A stretch of 63,100 nucleotides of DNA, the filler included, from Catajapyx aquilonaris (Eukaryota), in assembly GCA_000934665.2 (NCBI GenBank). It is 3 parts of 3 records of this genome, joined end to end, with 100 filler letters (N's around TTAATTAATTAA, not from the genome) between each part and the next. Parts side by side here need not be neighbours in the genome. Positions count along the whole stretch, not along the records: positions 42,162 to 63,100 come from JYFJ02006159.1; 2 more parts are not named here. One strand, 5' to 3'. The translations under genes and the position numbers were made by a program. Position 1 is the stretch's first letter, and every line of letters starts with the position of its first letter. Below the pieces are notes generated by a model that was given only the letters and a program-made list of their open reading frames with translations, was not told the origin of the DNA and searched no databases. Of this stretch, positions 50,101 to 63,100 are shown piece by piece.

Positions 50101-53100
50101 CTTTTATTCCACAAACTGGGCGTGACACTTAGCAGCTGAATTGCACAATGCATTAATACCTGTGCTTCAAATTTAATATAGCGTCTACGCTTCCAAAATT
50201 CCATAACGTCTAATGTAATTAAGAGTAAAATGACGTCTGGTATGTGTGGAATTTTATTATTATTTGGCACCGTTGGTATGCGGGTGTTGTTGCTTTCAAA
50301 CATGGTCGACATGGCGGGACGATGTCACCGGACACAATAACATATTCCAAATATTATATAAGTTACGGTATAGCAAATGTTACATTTTCTGATGTAGAGT
50401 ATACTCTCCCTCCTTACATGAACCGTGTTATATTAATGTTAAATGATTCTCATACCTGATGGCTGGCAAAATTATTTAAATGCTGTGGTGAGATAATGTA
50501 AAGGAAGCCTTAAAAATGCGTATACCCAACTAAATCCACGCTCGCGCAGGATTATTACGTGTTTAATTATGGGTGGGGTTGAACTCGTGACAGTATAACA
50601 ATTAGGAAGGTTGCCTTAATTACGCATTTAAATTCCACTGCTCTAAGTAGTGGTAACTTAACACCTTTGCATGGCAGCTCAATTTCCTTCAAACCCTTCT
50701 TTATGTAATACATTAGCCATCATAATAAGAATCCGTTTAGCAGGGCGTTGCTATAGGGTGTTTAGAACCCTGCGTAATATGAATTTGCACCTTCACGAGA
50801 GCAAACTAGAATTTCATTTTGGGAGGTGTCTGAGATCAGACCTCAGACTAGATTGTTCTCACTCTTCAGCCGCATTGAGATCATCAGTGTCACCCAGTTG
50901 GTGGTATTCTTACAAAGATACTGTACAAAATTATTAATAATCTTGTACAGTGTCTCTGTTACTTTTGAGTCACTCTATGACGAGCTCCCCCTACTCTTGT
51001 GTCACGGGCCGTGACGCTGAAAAAACTTCCCCTACTCTCTGCCAGAGTGACGTAGCCTACTTTACAGCCCTTGCATTCAGGCCAACATTACTGTTGTGCC
51101 CTCTGTTCTTCGTATATTAAGGGATATATCGTCCTGGAATTGTTGAGCGTGAGGCCGTTCTCCTTTGTGCAGGGCTTGGCCACGATTTTACGGGCCTTCC
51201 TTGTCAATCACGCGGAAGTACACTTCAGAAAGTGGCATGGTCGAAAGACGGATGTATTCTGAGGTTAAATCCTCCGAATTTCGCAGTAAATTGCTGAAAA
51301 TCATAATATTTTGGTTTACGCAACATGTTTGGACATTGCCTAAAGGAATATTTCTTAGTTTTTCGCTGACAAAATGGGATATTTTCCTTTAATGAATAAT
51401 AATAATAATAATAATAATAATGATAATAATAATGAGTATAGTGCCATACCTCATCTTAGGTTACGCACGGACCTTTAATTTGTCAAGATGGTACATTTTA
51501 GTTTTGACAACGTATCGGTCCAAGGGCAGGGTGACTGGGAGGGGATGTACAGTGTTGCAAGTGCAATGTCGTAGCTATGGTCATTTTGTGAGCTCCCCCG
51601 GGTGGTTCGTCTGTCGGAAATCCCACCCTAGACGAAGCCGGAGATGACCCCAAACTCCGCACGAGATGAAAGGGGGGAAAGCGCGGGCTTGGGATCGAAC
51701 CCGGGACCCTTCCATTCGTGGGCGCGTGCGTTACCGCAGCGCCACTCCGCCTTCCCTAATTTCTGTTCATACTATTGGGCTTAAAGGTGCGTTTACATGT
51801 GAGCGATTTGTTAGCGGCGATGCAATTGTTTGGGGCGAAAGTAACAATCGATTTTGGCCTCAAACAATACTGGTTACTTTGGTTGCACAGCGATGTTACC
51901 GCTGGCGATGCATCGCCTCGCACAAATCGCTCACAAGTCATGTAAACGTGCACCTTAAGGGATTGTAGCCGTAGAAAAAATGTAGTCATGGAAACCCCGT
52001 CTTTTGTGTCACGTTATTCAGCAACTGGGAGGAGGCTGACAAAACCGTGGGACTTTAGCAATAGAGTCACTTCCCCCCTCCATGCTCCGACCTGTTCCAT
52101 AATTTATTTATTGCACACTTAAGGGAGCCAGGCTTTTCCGACCTACCGACAAAATCTTGGAGGAAATCTTGTCTCTTTGGGGACCTGCTACAGAAGTACA
52201 ATCGATTCAATCCCAACCTGCGATTCTCCACTTAACCCTGCGGGGACCAAGAACCAAAAATGACTCCGATTGTTAAGTACGAGTACTAACACAGCGTGAC
52301 AGGCAAGCTAACGACAGCCGTGTTATCACTGGTGCAGAAGATCTCCCGAAGTTTCTATGCTGTACCAACTGAAACTTGCGCTAGTTAATTTGCGGCTAAA
52401 GTGAATTGAATTAATTAGCAAAACTGCATCAGTGTCGGCCTCGTTTTACTAGGTCTGAGCTTTCCAGTAGTAATGAATTAGCTTGCGGTGGTAATGTGTT
52501 ATTTGCTTTATTAATAGGTGCATTAAATAATGAGTCTGATATAAGCTCGGTGAAAATACCGCTTGGTGCAGGTGACATGTGAACCACCCTCACAACATGC
52601 TCATTCACTTATGAAAATTGTTTAGGCATGGTCTTATAATACTCAGATCCCGACACTTCCTCAGTTTGCGTGAGCTTAGTTGCTCCCACCCGCTGAGGGG
52701 GGTTTCCGATTTGGCGCTGGTGTCGCTCCATAGTTCCTAAGGCTGTTTGCACTGCAGCTGGATCCGGAGGACATTCAGAGAATCGTCGCCAGGAACAGCC
52801 TTAGGAACTGTGGAGCGACACCAATGCCAAATCGGAAACTCGGCGGGTGGGAGCAACTAAGCTCATGGAAGCCTTCATAAGGCTGGAGTAGGAGTGACAG
52901 GGTTTTAAAAGTTAACAAGGAAAGGCACCCGGAAGTTTCTTCTGGCGCGTGGCTCGTGATTCATTGGAAGGCCCATCCATTGAGTATAATACTCAATGGA
53001 CCCATCCTTCCTTCCTTCCACTTGGCTTAAGTTGGCCCGAAATTGAACAGAGAGACAAACAACCGTGGATCGATTGCTCCGGGTTGAAGAATGATTACAT

Positions 53101-54774
53101 TCTCTCCAGCCTTTTTTCGTAATACGGATGTCTGCAAATGAAGTCACTCCGAGTTTCCTGTTTTGGCAGGGTCGCAACCACAGTGGTCTTCATGGCTACC
53201 TGGTGGCCTTCCACGCCCTGGAGCACAACAATAAGGTCCGTACGAAGAACCTGCCTCCAGGTGCTCGGGCCTATCGTCTGCCCGAACTGGAGGCCGACAC
53301 CCTATACCTCATATGTGTGGTTGGCCTAGGTCATTGGTCCAATTGGGGCAATGCCACCAATGCTCTGGAGCCGGCAGCCATTCTACATGACTCAGTTACC
53401 AGCAAGTGTACCCAGGTCAGTCTCATTTCGCCACAACGAGCGTGAAGCTCATAGCAAATATCAAGAGTGTTACAAAGCCCGGGTGAACCTTGCATGCTGC
53501 AGGCTGTGGTTCACCTGTTTCACTAGTTAGAACCTGCTCTGCTGCCAGAGGCGAACAGAGCAGAATAATGCTCTGCTTGTACAGTACTGTCAGCCGAAAA
53601 ATGCAGTGACAGTTTTCTGGCATGGGGCCGATTGCATCAAGATAATATGAACTCGGCCCGCATCATGGAGTTATTACTCATGTGTTGCAATTTTAACCGG
53701 AAAATTGCCCGGAAATATCGATTGTTTCAGTGATATTTTGCTAACAGGAGATAGAGGCGTATTTTTTTTACCACATTTTAGGCAATCCTAACTAATACAG
53801 CATATCTGAAAGAATTTTGGATTGTGACCTTATTTCAATTTATTGCTTACAATCGAACCTATTTTCTCAATAGCTTTTAACTTTCAGGTGTATAAATTCT
53901 GTTGTCCTACATAACACTCTACTCTCTGTGGTTATGTAGTCCAAACTGCGGATTTAATCTCAAAATAGATCGCCGCAGTATTCGTGCCCGCGAGGCGGCG
54001 CGGCGATGCTTGGCATAACAGATATTAGCAGATGGGCATTAAGAGGTAGTAACCTAGGCATTTATCATAATTATTCACGTAATAGCTGTCTACGAGCTCT
54101 TCTTGCAGAATAGTGTCGTTTAAGACACAGAATTTATATCGGAAATTTCCTCGGGACATTATTTTGAGGGTTTGTCACGTTTTGTGTATCGTATTGATGA
54201 GCTTAAATGGTGACGGCTCTTTCCACTCAGTAATTTAATCGCAATTGAAGAAATTTAAAGCCGAAATAATGTCACCTTCAAAAAATGTTAGGGCCTACGT
54301 CATTACTGATTACGTCAAGGGACCCGTATATATTTTAAAAGTCTTTCAAGCAGTTGTGCCGCTGCGTTGCTCTTATAACATTAAAATCTACGTTTTTATA
54401 TCTCAAACTGCGCTTATTTTAATTCTTGTCGTCTGTTTAAAAAACTGTGTTAGCAAAAAAAGTAAAATTGAAAAAGTGAGGTAGTTGGACACCCATTTCA
54501 TCACCAGGTGCGTACCCTGCAAGAGGCCAATAAGAGTTTCCTCCTGAGCCGTCGCCTTGGAGTAGTGGTAGGCAGCGCCATTGGAGTTGTGGTGTTCCTG
54601 GCCCTGGCCGGCACTCTGGCCTGCCTCAAGATCCGACGACGCCGTCAGGTGGACAACAGCAACAAGCGAACAGCTACCAATAGTATTCCTCAAGAGACCT
54701 ACCTCTCCTACCGTCACTTCTCCATCCAAAGTTCCGAAGGAGCAGCCGGGGTCAACCCTTCCCTCTCCACGTAG
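44141..54774 (+). CDS. Host LRR-FN3 single-pass membrane protein, last three coding exons (44141-44457, 53170-53415, 54508-54774); 5' exons not found
   Basis: LRRCT NPLHCGC...LRCEHPPELRG...FC; FN3 VVVSWQ|GR...GYLV...LEADTLYLICV; TM GVVVGSAIGVVVFLALAGTLACL followed by KIRRRR; consistent GT-AG phases. Confidence 0.9.
44642..44920. mobile_element. Palindromic MITE
   Basis: CCTATC...GTGGCGCACTG / CAGTGCGCCAC...GATAGG arms. Confidence 0.6.
44930..45815. mobile_element. Large diverged fold-back element (~400-bp arms)
   Basis: ~44950-45350 is the reverse complement of ~45405-45810, e.g. TTCGAACGTAGAACAGTTGGTTCCCTGTC. Confidence 0.75.
46000..49900 (-). pseudogene. Highly decayed LINE (RT and RNase H-like traces, I/Jockey-like) in the host intron
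   Basis: Degenerate ...ITCFGKPARPVILIASLLLESG (RT-like) and ...HPSS...GNSKAARL (RNase H-like); many stops. Boundaries approximate. Confidence 0.45.
51393..51756 (-). mobile_element. SINE family A copy with (ATT)n tail
   Basis: Head GGAGTGGCGCTGCGGTAACG...CCGGGTTCGATCCC. Confidence 0.75.
51785..51955. mobile_element. Harbinger-type MITE
   Basis: TIR AGGTGCGTTTACATG; TAA TSD. Confidence 0.75.
52671..52865. mobile_element. Palindromic MITE-like fold-back
   Basis: TGAGCTTAGTTGCTCCCACCCGC / GCGGGTGGGAGCAACTAAGCTCA. Confidence 0.65.
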
Positions 54775-57355
54775 GCACGCCTCAGATTCCTGTGGTAGCA
54801 ACTCCATTCAAGGGGGGACTCTCCAGACACATTTGTCAATCTGTGTAGGTTTTAGTTGGGACGTGTTTTCCAGCCCGTGTGAGGGTAGGGGATGGGTAAA
54901 CCCCTGGGGCATATCACTAACATCATTTACCGGCATTGGGCACGCATATGACAACCTTACAAACACATATGGAACAGGTTTCACAAGAGTCATATAGCCA
55001 CTAAATCAAAAGGATCCTTTGATATAAACATGTGCGAATGGAGTTGCTCCGCGGATTTGCTTTTGGTGTGTAATTTGCACGCATGTGGCTTTGGCTTGAA
55101 GGCATTATTGTCCAGTTGTTATTTTCGCATCCGACGGGCAGGGCCTCCTTTTCCTAATTATACTTCATTATTACTCGAACAAATGGCACGGTTTGGCCTC
55201 GTCTCTCCATCCAACTGGCTTTAAGCATTGCATGACTTCATTATTTCGACTCAGATCTACCATGTAAAATGGAGGAAGAGCTTAGCATTTAAAATGCAAA
55301 AATAACTCATTTTAGCACTACTTGAGAAACTTTCTGAACCAGGCCCGCATTTTGAGCACATGCCTACCGTTAAGAGAGTCCACGGAGTAGTGCAAAGTCT
55401 TTCTTCTTGTTCAAGGTAAGCCTGACCCTCAATCGGCTTAAACCAAGATTGATGTCAGTCGCAGGGGAATTGAGCTGGTACAGAATGATACATACACTCG
55501 CTTTAAAACTAAATAAAGGGCTTGATTTATTGGCACTGTACTCTATTGATCTTCATTATTGTGGCAGCCGCGTGCAAATTCAGTGCGCCACATGCACTCG
55601 CTTTCACTAAGTTACTGTACGGTATGTTTGGCATGTGCAATAGTTGAGTCCTGGGATGACTGAGAGATTTACTTGGTCTCTTATTGGAAAACACAACTTG
55701 GGAGTCGTTCAGATTCCTACGTTTCCCCGGCATGCGTCACGTGCTTGCTACCAGCTCCAGGCGTACGTGTCTGGCTAGCATGTCTCTTGATGACAACTCT
55801 TGTTCTGCCTTTTCGGATGCCTTGCAATTGTGAGTACTGTACTGTACATGGAGGTGAAATCATGGTTTGGATTATGATGCTGGCATTACAGGCATTGCGC
55901 CGGTATGCCTTGATTTTACACGACAAATAAAGGATCTGGCCAATGTTGTTGTCGACTCAATTAGGCAATTTAAATGCAGGTGACTGTTGTCACAATCGTG
56001 TTGATGCTTTTTATAATAATATTATTGACGTTCATTAATAACTGCGGATAATGCACTCTGATCAGTGCCAACAGTAATGATATGCATTGATTTGTAGAAG
56101 TATTCCTGTAAATAGTACTGCAGCGGCATGTTGACTGTTGGTTGAGTGCCTATATAACTAAATAAATAATGCAGATTGGTGACATCTGCATTCTGAATCC
56201 AAAATCTTCCTACTCCCTTGCCGTGATTTCATATTGCTTTCCGTCTCGCTTCAGCATGCACAGTTCATATTACTTATTGCACGTTAATGCATGCAGATCC
56301 TCTTCCTCAGTATGCACGAATGAACCGATTTGTACGCCTTGACGCCACTGACCACTGTGACCAATGAGAGTGAATAAGACACTTTTTACTCGCCCTCGCC
56401 CGTCCATACACGAGAATATAAAAACAAGCGATCCCAAGAAGCAATATCAAGAAGAACACAAAAAAGTGGGTGCAGAAAAGGTGTGGCTAGTCAAATGTGG
56501 TCCTATTTGATCTCATTGGCTTCACAATACTAGGGTCAACTCTACGCTGCCGTTGAGAGAAGAGGAAAGCACTTGGCTGTAGCGATGCTATGTTGTGGTG
56601 AAAACTCTGCAAATAATGAATCCCGAATGATTGACAGGATGGAGTTTGTCCGAAGAAGTGACGATTTGGATGCGATCCACAGTATTGGATAGTGGTGGTG
56701 TGAAAGAAATAGGATAGATAAGACAGATTGATAGAAAGAAAAGAGAGAGAGAAAAGTGCCTTGAGGCTGTGACCGCTGCTCGTTTGCTGTGTTGAGAAGA
56801 GGCTTTTTTCGTCATCAGCGCTTCTCCACTGTACTTCCTCCTCCGCTGGAGCATCGACATGTCAAAACTCTTTCACAATCAAACTTTGACAATTTCTTTT
56901 TGTTGTCTTTTTTTCCACGCCGAATGTCCTCGTGTGGGTTTAGAGTCGGAAACGACATTGATCAGTGTGCTGGCATGGAAAAAAAACTGTTTATTTGAAT
57001 AAATGGTGCGCCTTTAATAGTAACCAGGTCTGATTTAATTTGCATCCGGGGAACAAAAATGGGTTCCCGCACAGAACTTTAGATTGGAGGAGCGAATTTT
57101 GTTGTCCGAAAACACAGGATCTTTTCATATTGCATTTTGCTGCCTTGAGAGCGGAGAGGGGGAGAAATTGGATTTTTCTAACAAGATTACGGTCCCATTG
57201 GCTTTGTTTTCCCCGATCGTTATCCCACGTCGTTTCACCTGATAACGTCGCTAATTACCCCTTTAAAGGCATTTCCAACGACTGGCCCAGTGTTCCGCCT
57301 TAATTTTCAACCCCCACGTTTTGGATTACTCCCAACTTTTCAATATTTTCCTGCC

Positions 57356-57435
<80 letters not shown>

Positions 57436-60400
57436 CAATTTTATTTCCGCTTTGTGATATGCTAACATGGTTTTTGTAACCTGATCAAGTTGCCAAGTGC
57501 AGGTGAAACACGCACTGAATGCATGGAAGTGAAACAAAACTGCCCAAGCCCGGGCTTCAGGTGGAAAATAGAAGAATTCCAATGCTAGCACGTACAGTGC
57601 ACTCTTGGCGGCCCATTCAAGTTGTTTCTCCACCAAAATGGGTTTTGTAATGAGGCGGAAGGAGTGCCACGTGTGCACGAGCACAAACTACTCCATTTTC
57701 GACTCTTTCAGGGGAAATATCAGGTGGTGACGCCGGAGGTCGGTGGAAAGCAGGTAGGGGCATTGGACATTTGACATTGAATTATTGGTGATTATATGGA
57801 AGTCGCATAGTGCATAATCAATCAAGGGGATTTGGAACCAAGTGAACCTTCGTTACCTGTCGCAGCAAGAGCTGGTTGCAGTGATTCTGCTTACAGAAAC
57901 TCGTTTCGTTGACATCTCTTTATTTACCGATCAGATGCCACGACCAACTTTTTGGGCAAGCAAAAGCAAGTAGAGGGGTGCGCAGTTTGCTAACTCTACT
58001 TTCCCGCCGATGTGTTTAGCTTTTCCCAACTTATAATCCACTATTCAAAACGGGCATGCCCCCGTCTTGTCGAGTTCTAGAGTCAATATATGCACCTGAA
58101 AACACGTTCGTCAACTTGTGTTTCTCAGCAGTTGCGTGTATGCTGCACTTGATGATGTTACCCTTTCGCTTCCTTCCCCACAAAAATGCAGTGCATTTTC
58201 GAATTTTTCCAGCGCTTTTTCGAATTTTTCCAGCGCTTTTTCGAAAACGTCAAGTCGCCAGAAATGATGTTAGCTCATTCGTTCGATTTCCGATTCTACC
58301 CAGGGCATCTAGTGAGGTAGTGCTTTTGACGTTTATATTTTATTTACTTATTTGTGTCAGCGCAGCTGTAGGAAGAGGATCGTCATCTGAGTGTTTTTTT
58401 TTTGCAGGACTACTTATGGACCGTAAATCTGAGAAGTACCCGCACTTGCACACTAATTTGTATGCCTGAAGAACACAACCAGGGTTGAATATTTCCTCTC
58501 CTGCTCATTTGCACTAGTTTTAAGATCCTCGAATTACGTAAAGGAAAGACTTTCTTTTCATCTCCGAGCAGTAATTTCTGGGCAATTTTACGGAACCTCG
58601 GAGTGACGGGTAAGGCTCTTTATCTCTTTTCTACTCCTGTTGTAAGACTACTACTTGGAGTTCTTCCGGCCAGGAAGAAAACAGCTCCTATTTCATCTCG
58701 AAGCCTAGCAGAGATCAAAAATGAAACGTGGGGGTGGTGCAGTACCCCAGGGATATATGAGCTAACAGCTTGGAGGAGGCCTTCAGAGATGCGGGACTGC
58801 CTCCCTCAATGCAGCAGCACCAATAAAAAAATGGGAATGGGAGGGTACAGGGACAAAAAGAGAAAATGGTAAGAAAAAAGTGAGAAATCAAACACATTGG
58901 CCTGGAGAATTATCTATTTGGTAGAAGTAATTGTGTTTGCCGACGGTCCTGCTTTGTTCAAGCCTAGTACATGAAAATTGGCAGTGAGTTGTAATATTTA
59001 CGGTACGTAATAATCAAAAATATTTTGCAAAAATTATCTTAATGGGTCTTTCTTTCGATTACTCTTACCTGATAGCACTTTCCCAACTTTCGGCAATTAT
59101 TCATCTTCCTTAGTCGGTAAGTATATTGGATATGCCAATCTCTATTCCAGCAATGAAACTCGAAACCAATGCAACTTATGATTATCCAAGAGAAACAAAA
59201 GCTCAGCATATTTAAATAAGTTTGCGGGTAGTTTGGAGTAGTTTGGGGTAGTTTGCATCTAGTGGCAGCCAGAAGCTCATCGTTGTCTATGTCATTATCG
59301 GTTGGCCCTTCGACAAATCTCATCCCTACATTTTAGGCTTGCATTGGGCCACTAGTAAGAAGTGCACTGCAGTCTCTAATGGGATTGGTTTAAATTACAT
59401 AGTATATGTTGGTGCTTGAATTATTGTACAGTTAGTTACAGAGTGGCGAGTTTACCTAGGACCACCTGTACGCTATTGATCCTCGTTTTTGAGTGCTTTA
59501 ATCAAGCACAGGTATTGAATTACACAAACAAAACATACAAAGGCGAATTTTGAAAATAATAGTGTGAAATAGCTGGCAAGTATCCCGCTAGTGGATTATA
59601 ACCATCTCTTAACTACTGGTGTGGTACATGTAATTTTTAACGTGGACCACACACGCTTCCCTCTCCCATGGTGATAGTGTTGAGCTAGGCTGTCCCCTGC
59701 AGACATGAGAGGGCTGTAATGAGGCGAAGTTGGCTTGGCCCCAAAAGGAAGTCGTTTGCATCTCAAAAGCATGGTTAACATTCCCTACTGACAGTGAGTA
59801 GCGTAACAAATGCAATGAATCAGTTTCATCGGATTAGAAGTCTCTCACATCCCTTATTCCCTCCCTTGTTCTCCTCCTACCTCTCTTATTTTCCGGATTC
59901 TGGATCCACCCCTCATCTTGCATCTGGCATGTGTTGTGATTCCAGCATTTCACCGAACCTATAGACCGTCATTTCTGTACTAAACTGATTATTTGAGGCA
60001 ACCACATCAGCCGATCAAGTGATGGAGATGCACGATGTTCTCTTCCAGGGTAGTTGCATTCGTAAAACAGACCCATGTTGTCAGTGTGCGCAAGGAGAAT
60101 TTCTCATGGGATCAAAGCCAACTGTTGGGCACCTCGTGAAGCGAAATATGAGGAGATGGCCCGACTGCCTGCGGGGAATGGAAGTTGTTGACAGGTAGGT
60201 GGTAATGAGAGGGGGAGACGAATTTGCTATATAACAGGATACGTGATAATAACTTATAGGAAGAGTGAGTTTTTTTTTAAAAAAAAACAGCAAGATGAAA
60301 AATGAAGTGCTGCCCGAAGAAAATCGAAAGTCTCCCCTGCTGCAGTCTTCCACTCTACCCCCTACTCCTACCTACTTTCACTCCCCAATTCCCAGTCCCC

Positions 60401-63100
60401 CTCCCTCTCCCTACTTTTGTTGTAACGCATATACTAGATTGATTGCTGTATCCTGACGTTCGACACGCAATAAAGGAAATCATATACCGTATTTCTACTG
60501 GGTTCATGAGGGAATATAGTTGCACATGTGACACACTAGTTCTGTGATTTTGATTTTTTTTAAATAATTCACTTGTTATGGCAGAAATGCTGTGATGTGA
60601 CAAGTGATTAGTCTACTGTAAATTGTGTGCAGTCGATGTCATGCCATCCCAGTTCTGTAATTAAAGGAGAAGTGTTGATTCATTTGTGTCTCTAATTATA
60701 GGTGAGTGTGTGTAAAGCTTTAGATGTTTCTCCCGATAATGTAGGGATTCGTCAATACAAGATGAGAGGAAAGGAACCAAAAAGCCTCAGGCAGATTCCC
60801 TAGAACTCCATGGCCATGTGAACAGTATCTACATGAGAGCGTCATTTACTTTATTAAACCAGGAACAGTGCTCGTATATAGCGGTTAATCATATTGTACG
60901 TTACGGAGTACGCAGTCGTTTCCGCATGCACACAAAGTCCTTTACACCTCCCAAAATAGCTCTGAATGGCCTACTGTAAACAATAGACATTTTGGGATGT
61001 CCTCGTCATTTAAAAAAAAGTAAGTAGAGTGCAAATACTGTCTGTGCAACTTGAAGCATGTTTTCCCACTACTGTCAGAGAGGCTTGCTGCAATATTTAA
61101 GAGGCTGCATCGTGGTACCTACGCAGTACACAGTGAGTAGGCATATACTTACCCTATTTTCCTTTCCATGACAGACGCAGTGCACACGGGCGCAACTTGT
61201 AGGTGTTGGGTTCAGATGCAGAGGACGTGATGGTGACCAGCAGGTATGGCATATCTGATGCATTTCTCTCATGCAATACTTTTAAAAGGCTAGTTGTGGT
61301 AATACTCCATTCAATTCATCCGCTGTTAGTCAGAAGCTCAGGTGTATACAGGGTGGTACGTAGGAAGGAACACTGCGTACAGAAGTATTGGGTGCAATGG
61401 ACAATGTCACAGCCCTCTACCTCTCAGGGTCAGAGTTCTATCACCAGGTCGGACGGAAGGTTTTATCATGTGGAAATAAGTTCAAAAGTTCTCTCTGTTT
61501 TCGCGTGGGTTTTCTCGGGGCTCTCCCTTCAATTCCTCACACTCTCCAAAAATATCTCTCATGCTTTTCTATGTCATACTCAGTTTGAGCTGTTTCCCTT
61601 TCGTGACCCCTAGTTGCTTGGTTATGATAACTCTGGTGAGGTGGCGATAAGGGTCTTTGGATCCGGAACGTCTGACCCCAGTGACTCAGAACCAGGCCAC
61701 ATGTAACCCAAGATTATATGCTTAATGGATCATGGGTAAATGAGCATTATTTTGTAAGCAGTGCTCCTTTCTCCTGTATGTAGAAATATTATGGCCATTT
61801 GCCAGCCGCGTCATTGGTAAAACCGTGGGTAAAACTCATTTAACAGACAAGTTTTCAAAATTATGGAAACGTATTGATAGTAACAGCTATTAGAGCTGTG
61901 GCATGTGACGTAGTTTTTGACACTGTTGCATTTTGAACTAGTACATTCCTTCACTGCAGTCTACTAGTATACAGTAGGAGAGGTTCACTGAATCACACCC
62001 ACTGTGAATATGCATAGCATTTTTCATTCACACTTTCACTGCGAATGCACTGTACATTCTTCGCAAGTATAGACCGTACTTATCGTCAGTTGTTGATTAT
62101 TATTCCTGTCTCATATTAGAAGCATGGATATTCTACGTGTCCTTGTCATTTTTAACCGTTGTAGCATTTTTGGAGCCACATATGGCATTATAATTATTTT
62201 ATTGTCAATAACCCTTATTTGTTACATTTTGAATTGTGTTAAAACGGAGAGCAGGTATAACAATCGGAAACAGTCAAAATAACAGATATCCGGCTTCTGG
62301 ATATGCGCATTACGTCTGGATTACATTCAAGGAATCTAAATGAGGCAACAATGAAACATATCCATTGGTGCTTCAGAACGATACAGTATATTTTTAGACT
62401 ATACGGCGTATTTCTTGGGCCAAAAAAGTCGAAAATGTAGGGGGTGAGAAATATCGAGGGACCAACCGTTAACGAGGTAGACGACCAGAAACATTGGGCG
62501 GTGGTTGCCGAAGTTTCAGGACATACATACATACATACACACACACACCCACCCACACCCACAGTTAAACTTCGATAAGTCGAATCTCCATTGGACCGGG
62601 AAAAAAACTTCTACCTATAGTAGTTATAGAAGATTTGAGTTAGAGAAGTTTGGAATTTTTAAGCACATAACTCTATAAGGAAGCCTACCTTTATATCCAG
62701 CGACGAAAGGTGTTCAAAACTTAAAAATAACTGTCAATAACACACTACAATGTTCCTCATTGTTTTGTTGTAAAAAAAAAACTCCGTTATGGACATTTTC
62801 CTACTCTTAGATCGGCCCTCACTCTTAATAAAGGATTCAATATTGTCACAATCGAGCCAAACATTTCTTTCGGTACGATACTGGTGGATGGAGATCAGGA
62901 ATAGCCTTTCCGTACATGTATACCTACTCTCGACCCTTCGGCTGGAAAATGAGAAAATTTTCCGTACTCGCCAACATGAACTTGGACTTAGGGAGACTGA
63001 AAATGCATTTACTTGCCCTGATCTGAAAATATTGGGACACCCCCAAAAAATGGAGTGGTGGGGTTATACACAGGATGTGATAAAAAGTTTCCATTAAGAT

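Noticed and set aside
58900..59330. Possible piggyBac-like relic
   Set aside because: Only a faint motif resemblance; no TIR or TTAA support found.
54800..63100. Many short ORFs downstream of the host gene
   Set aside because: No recognisable domains or consistent exon chain; likely 3' UTR (AATAAA at ~56161) and intergenic DNA.

Overview
Repeat-rich eukaryotic DNA, most likely arthropod/insect (inferred from spliceosomal introns, DRE-like motifs and TE families). Two scaffold gaps carry an artificial TTAATTAATTAA spacer. The left third holds two complete, divergent ISL2EU-type (PIF/Harbinger-related) DNA transposons at 1668-7432 and 11983-18456. Each has GGGG...CCCC terminal inverted repeats, an AT target-site duplication in a GCAATT context, and two convergent intron-containing genes: a THAP+DDE_Tnp_4 transposase and a SWIM-finger + YqaJ/lambda-exonuclease protein (with an extra N-terminal SAP-like motif in element 1). 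Both are nested insertions whose removal restores the target: a MITE terminal repeat for element 1 and a Ty3/Gypsy RNase H reading frame for element 2. The middle holds many MITEs and tRNA-derived SINEs, a recent full-length Ty3/Gypsy element inserted in a 24-bp minisatellite, and a back-to-back non-autonomous LTR element with an acidic repeat ORF. The right part holds the last three coding exons of a host LRRCT-FN3-transmembrane gene (+ strand). All calls come from reading the sequence; no database searches were run.
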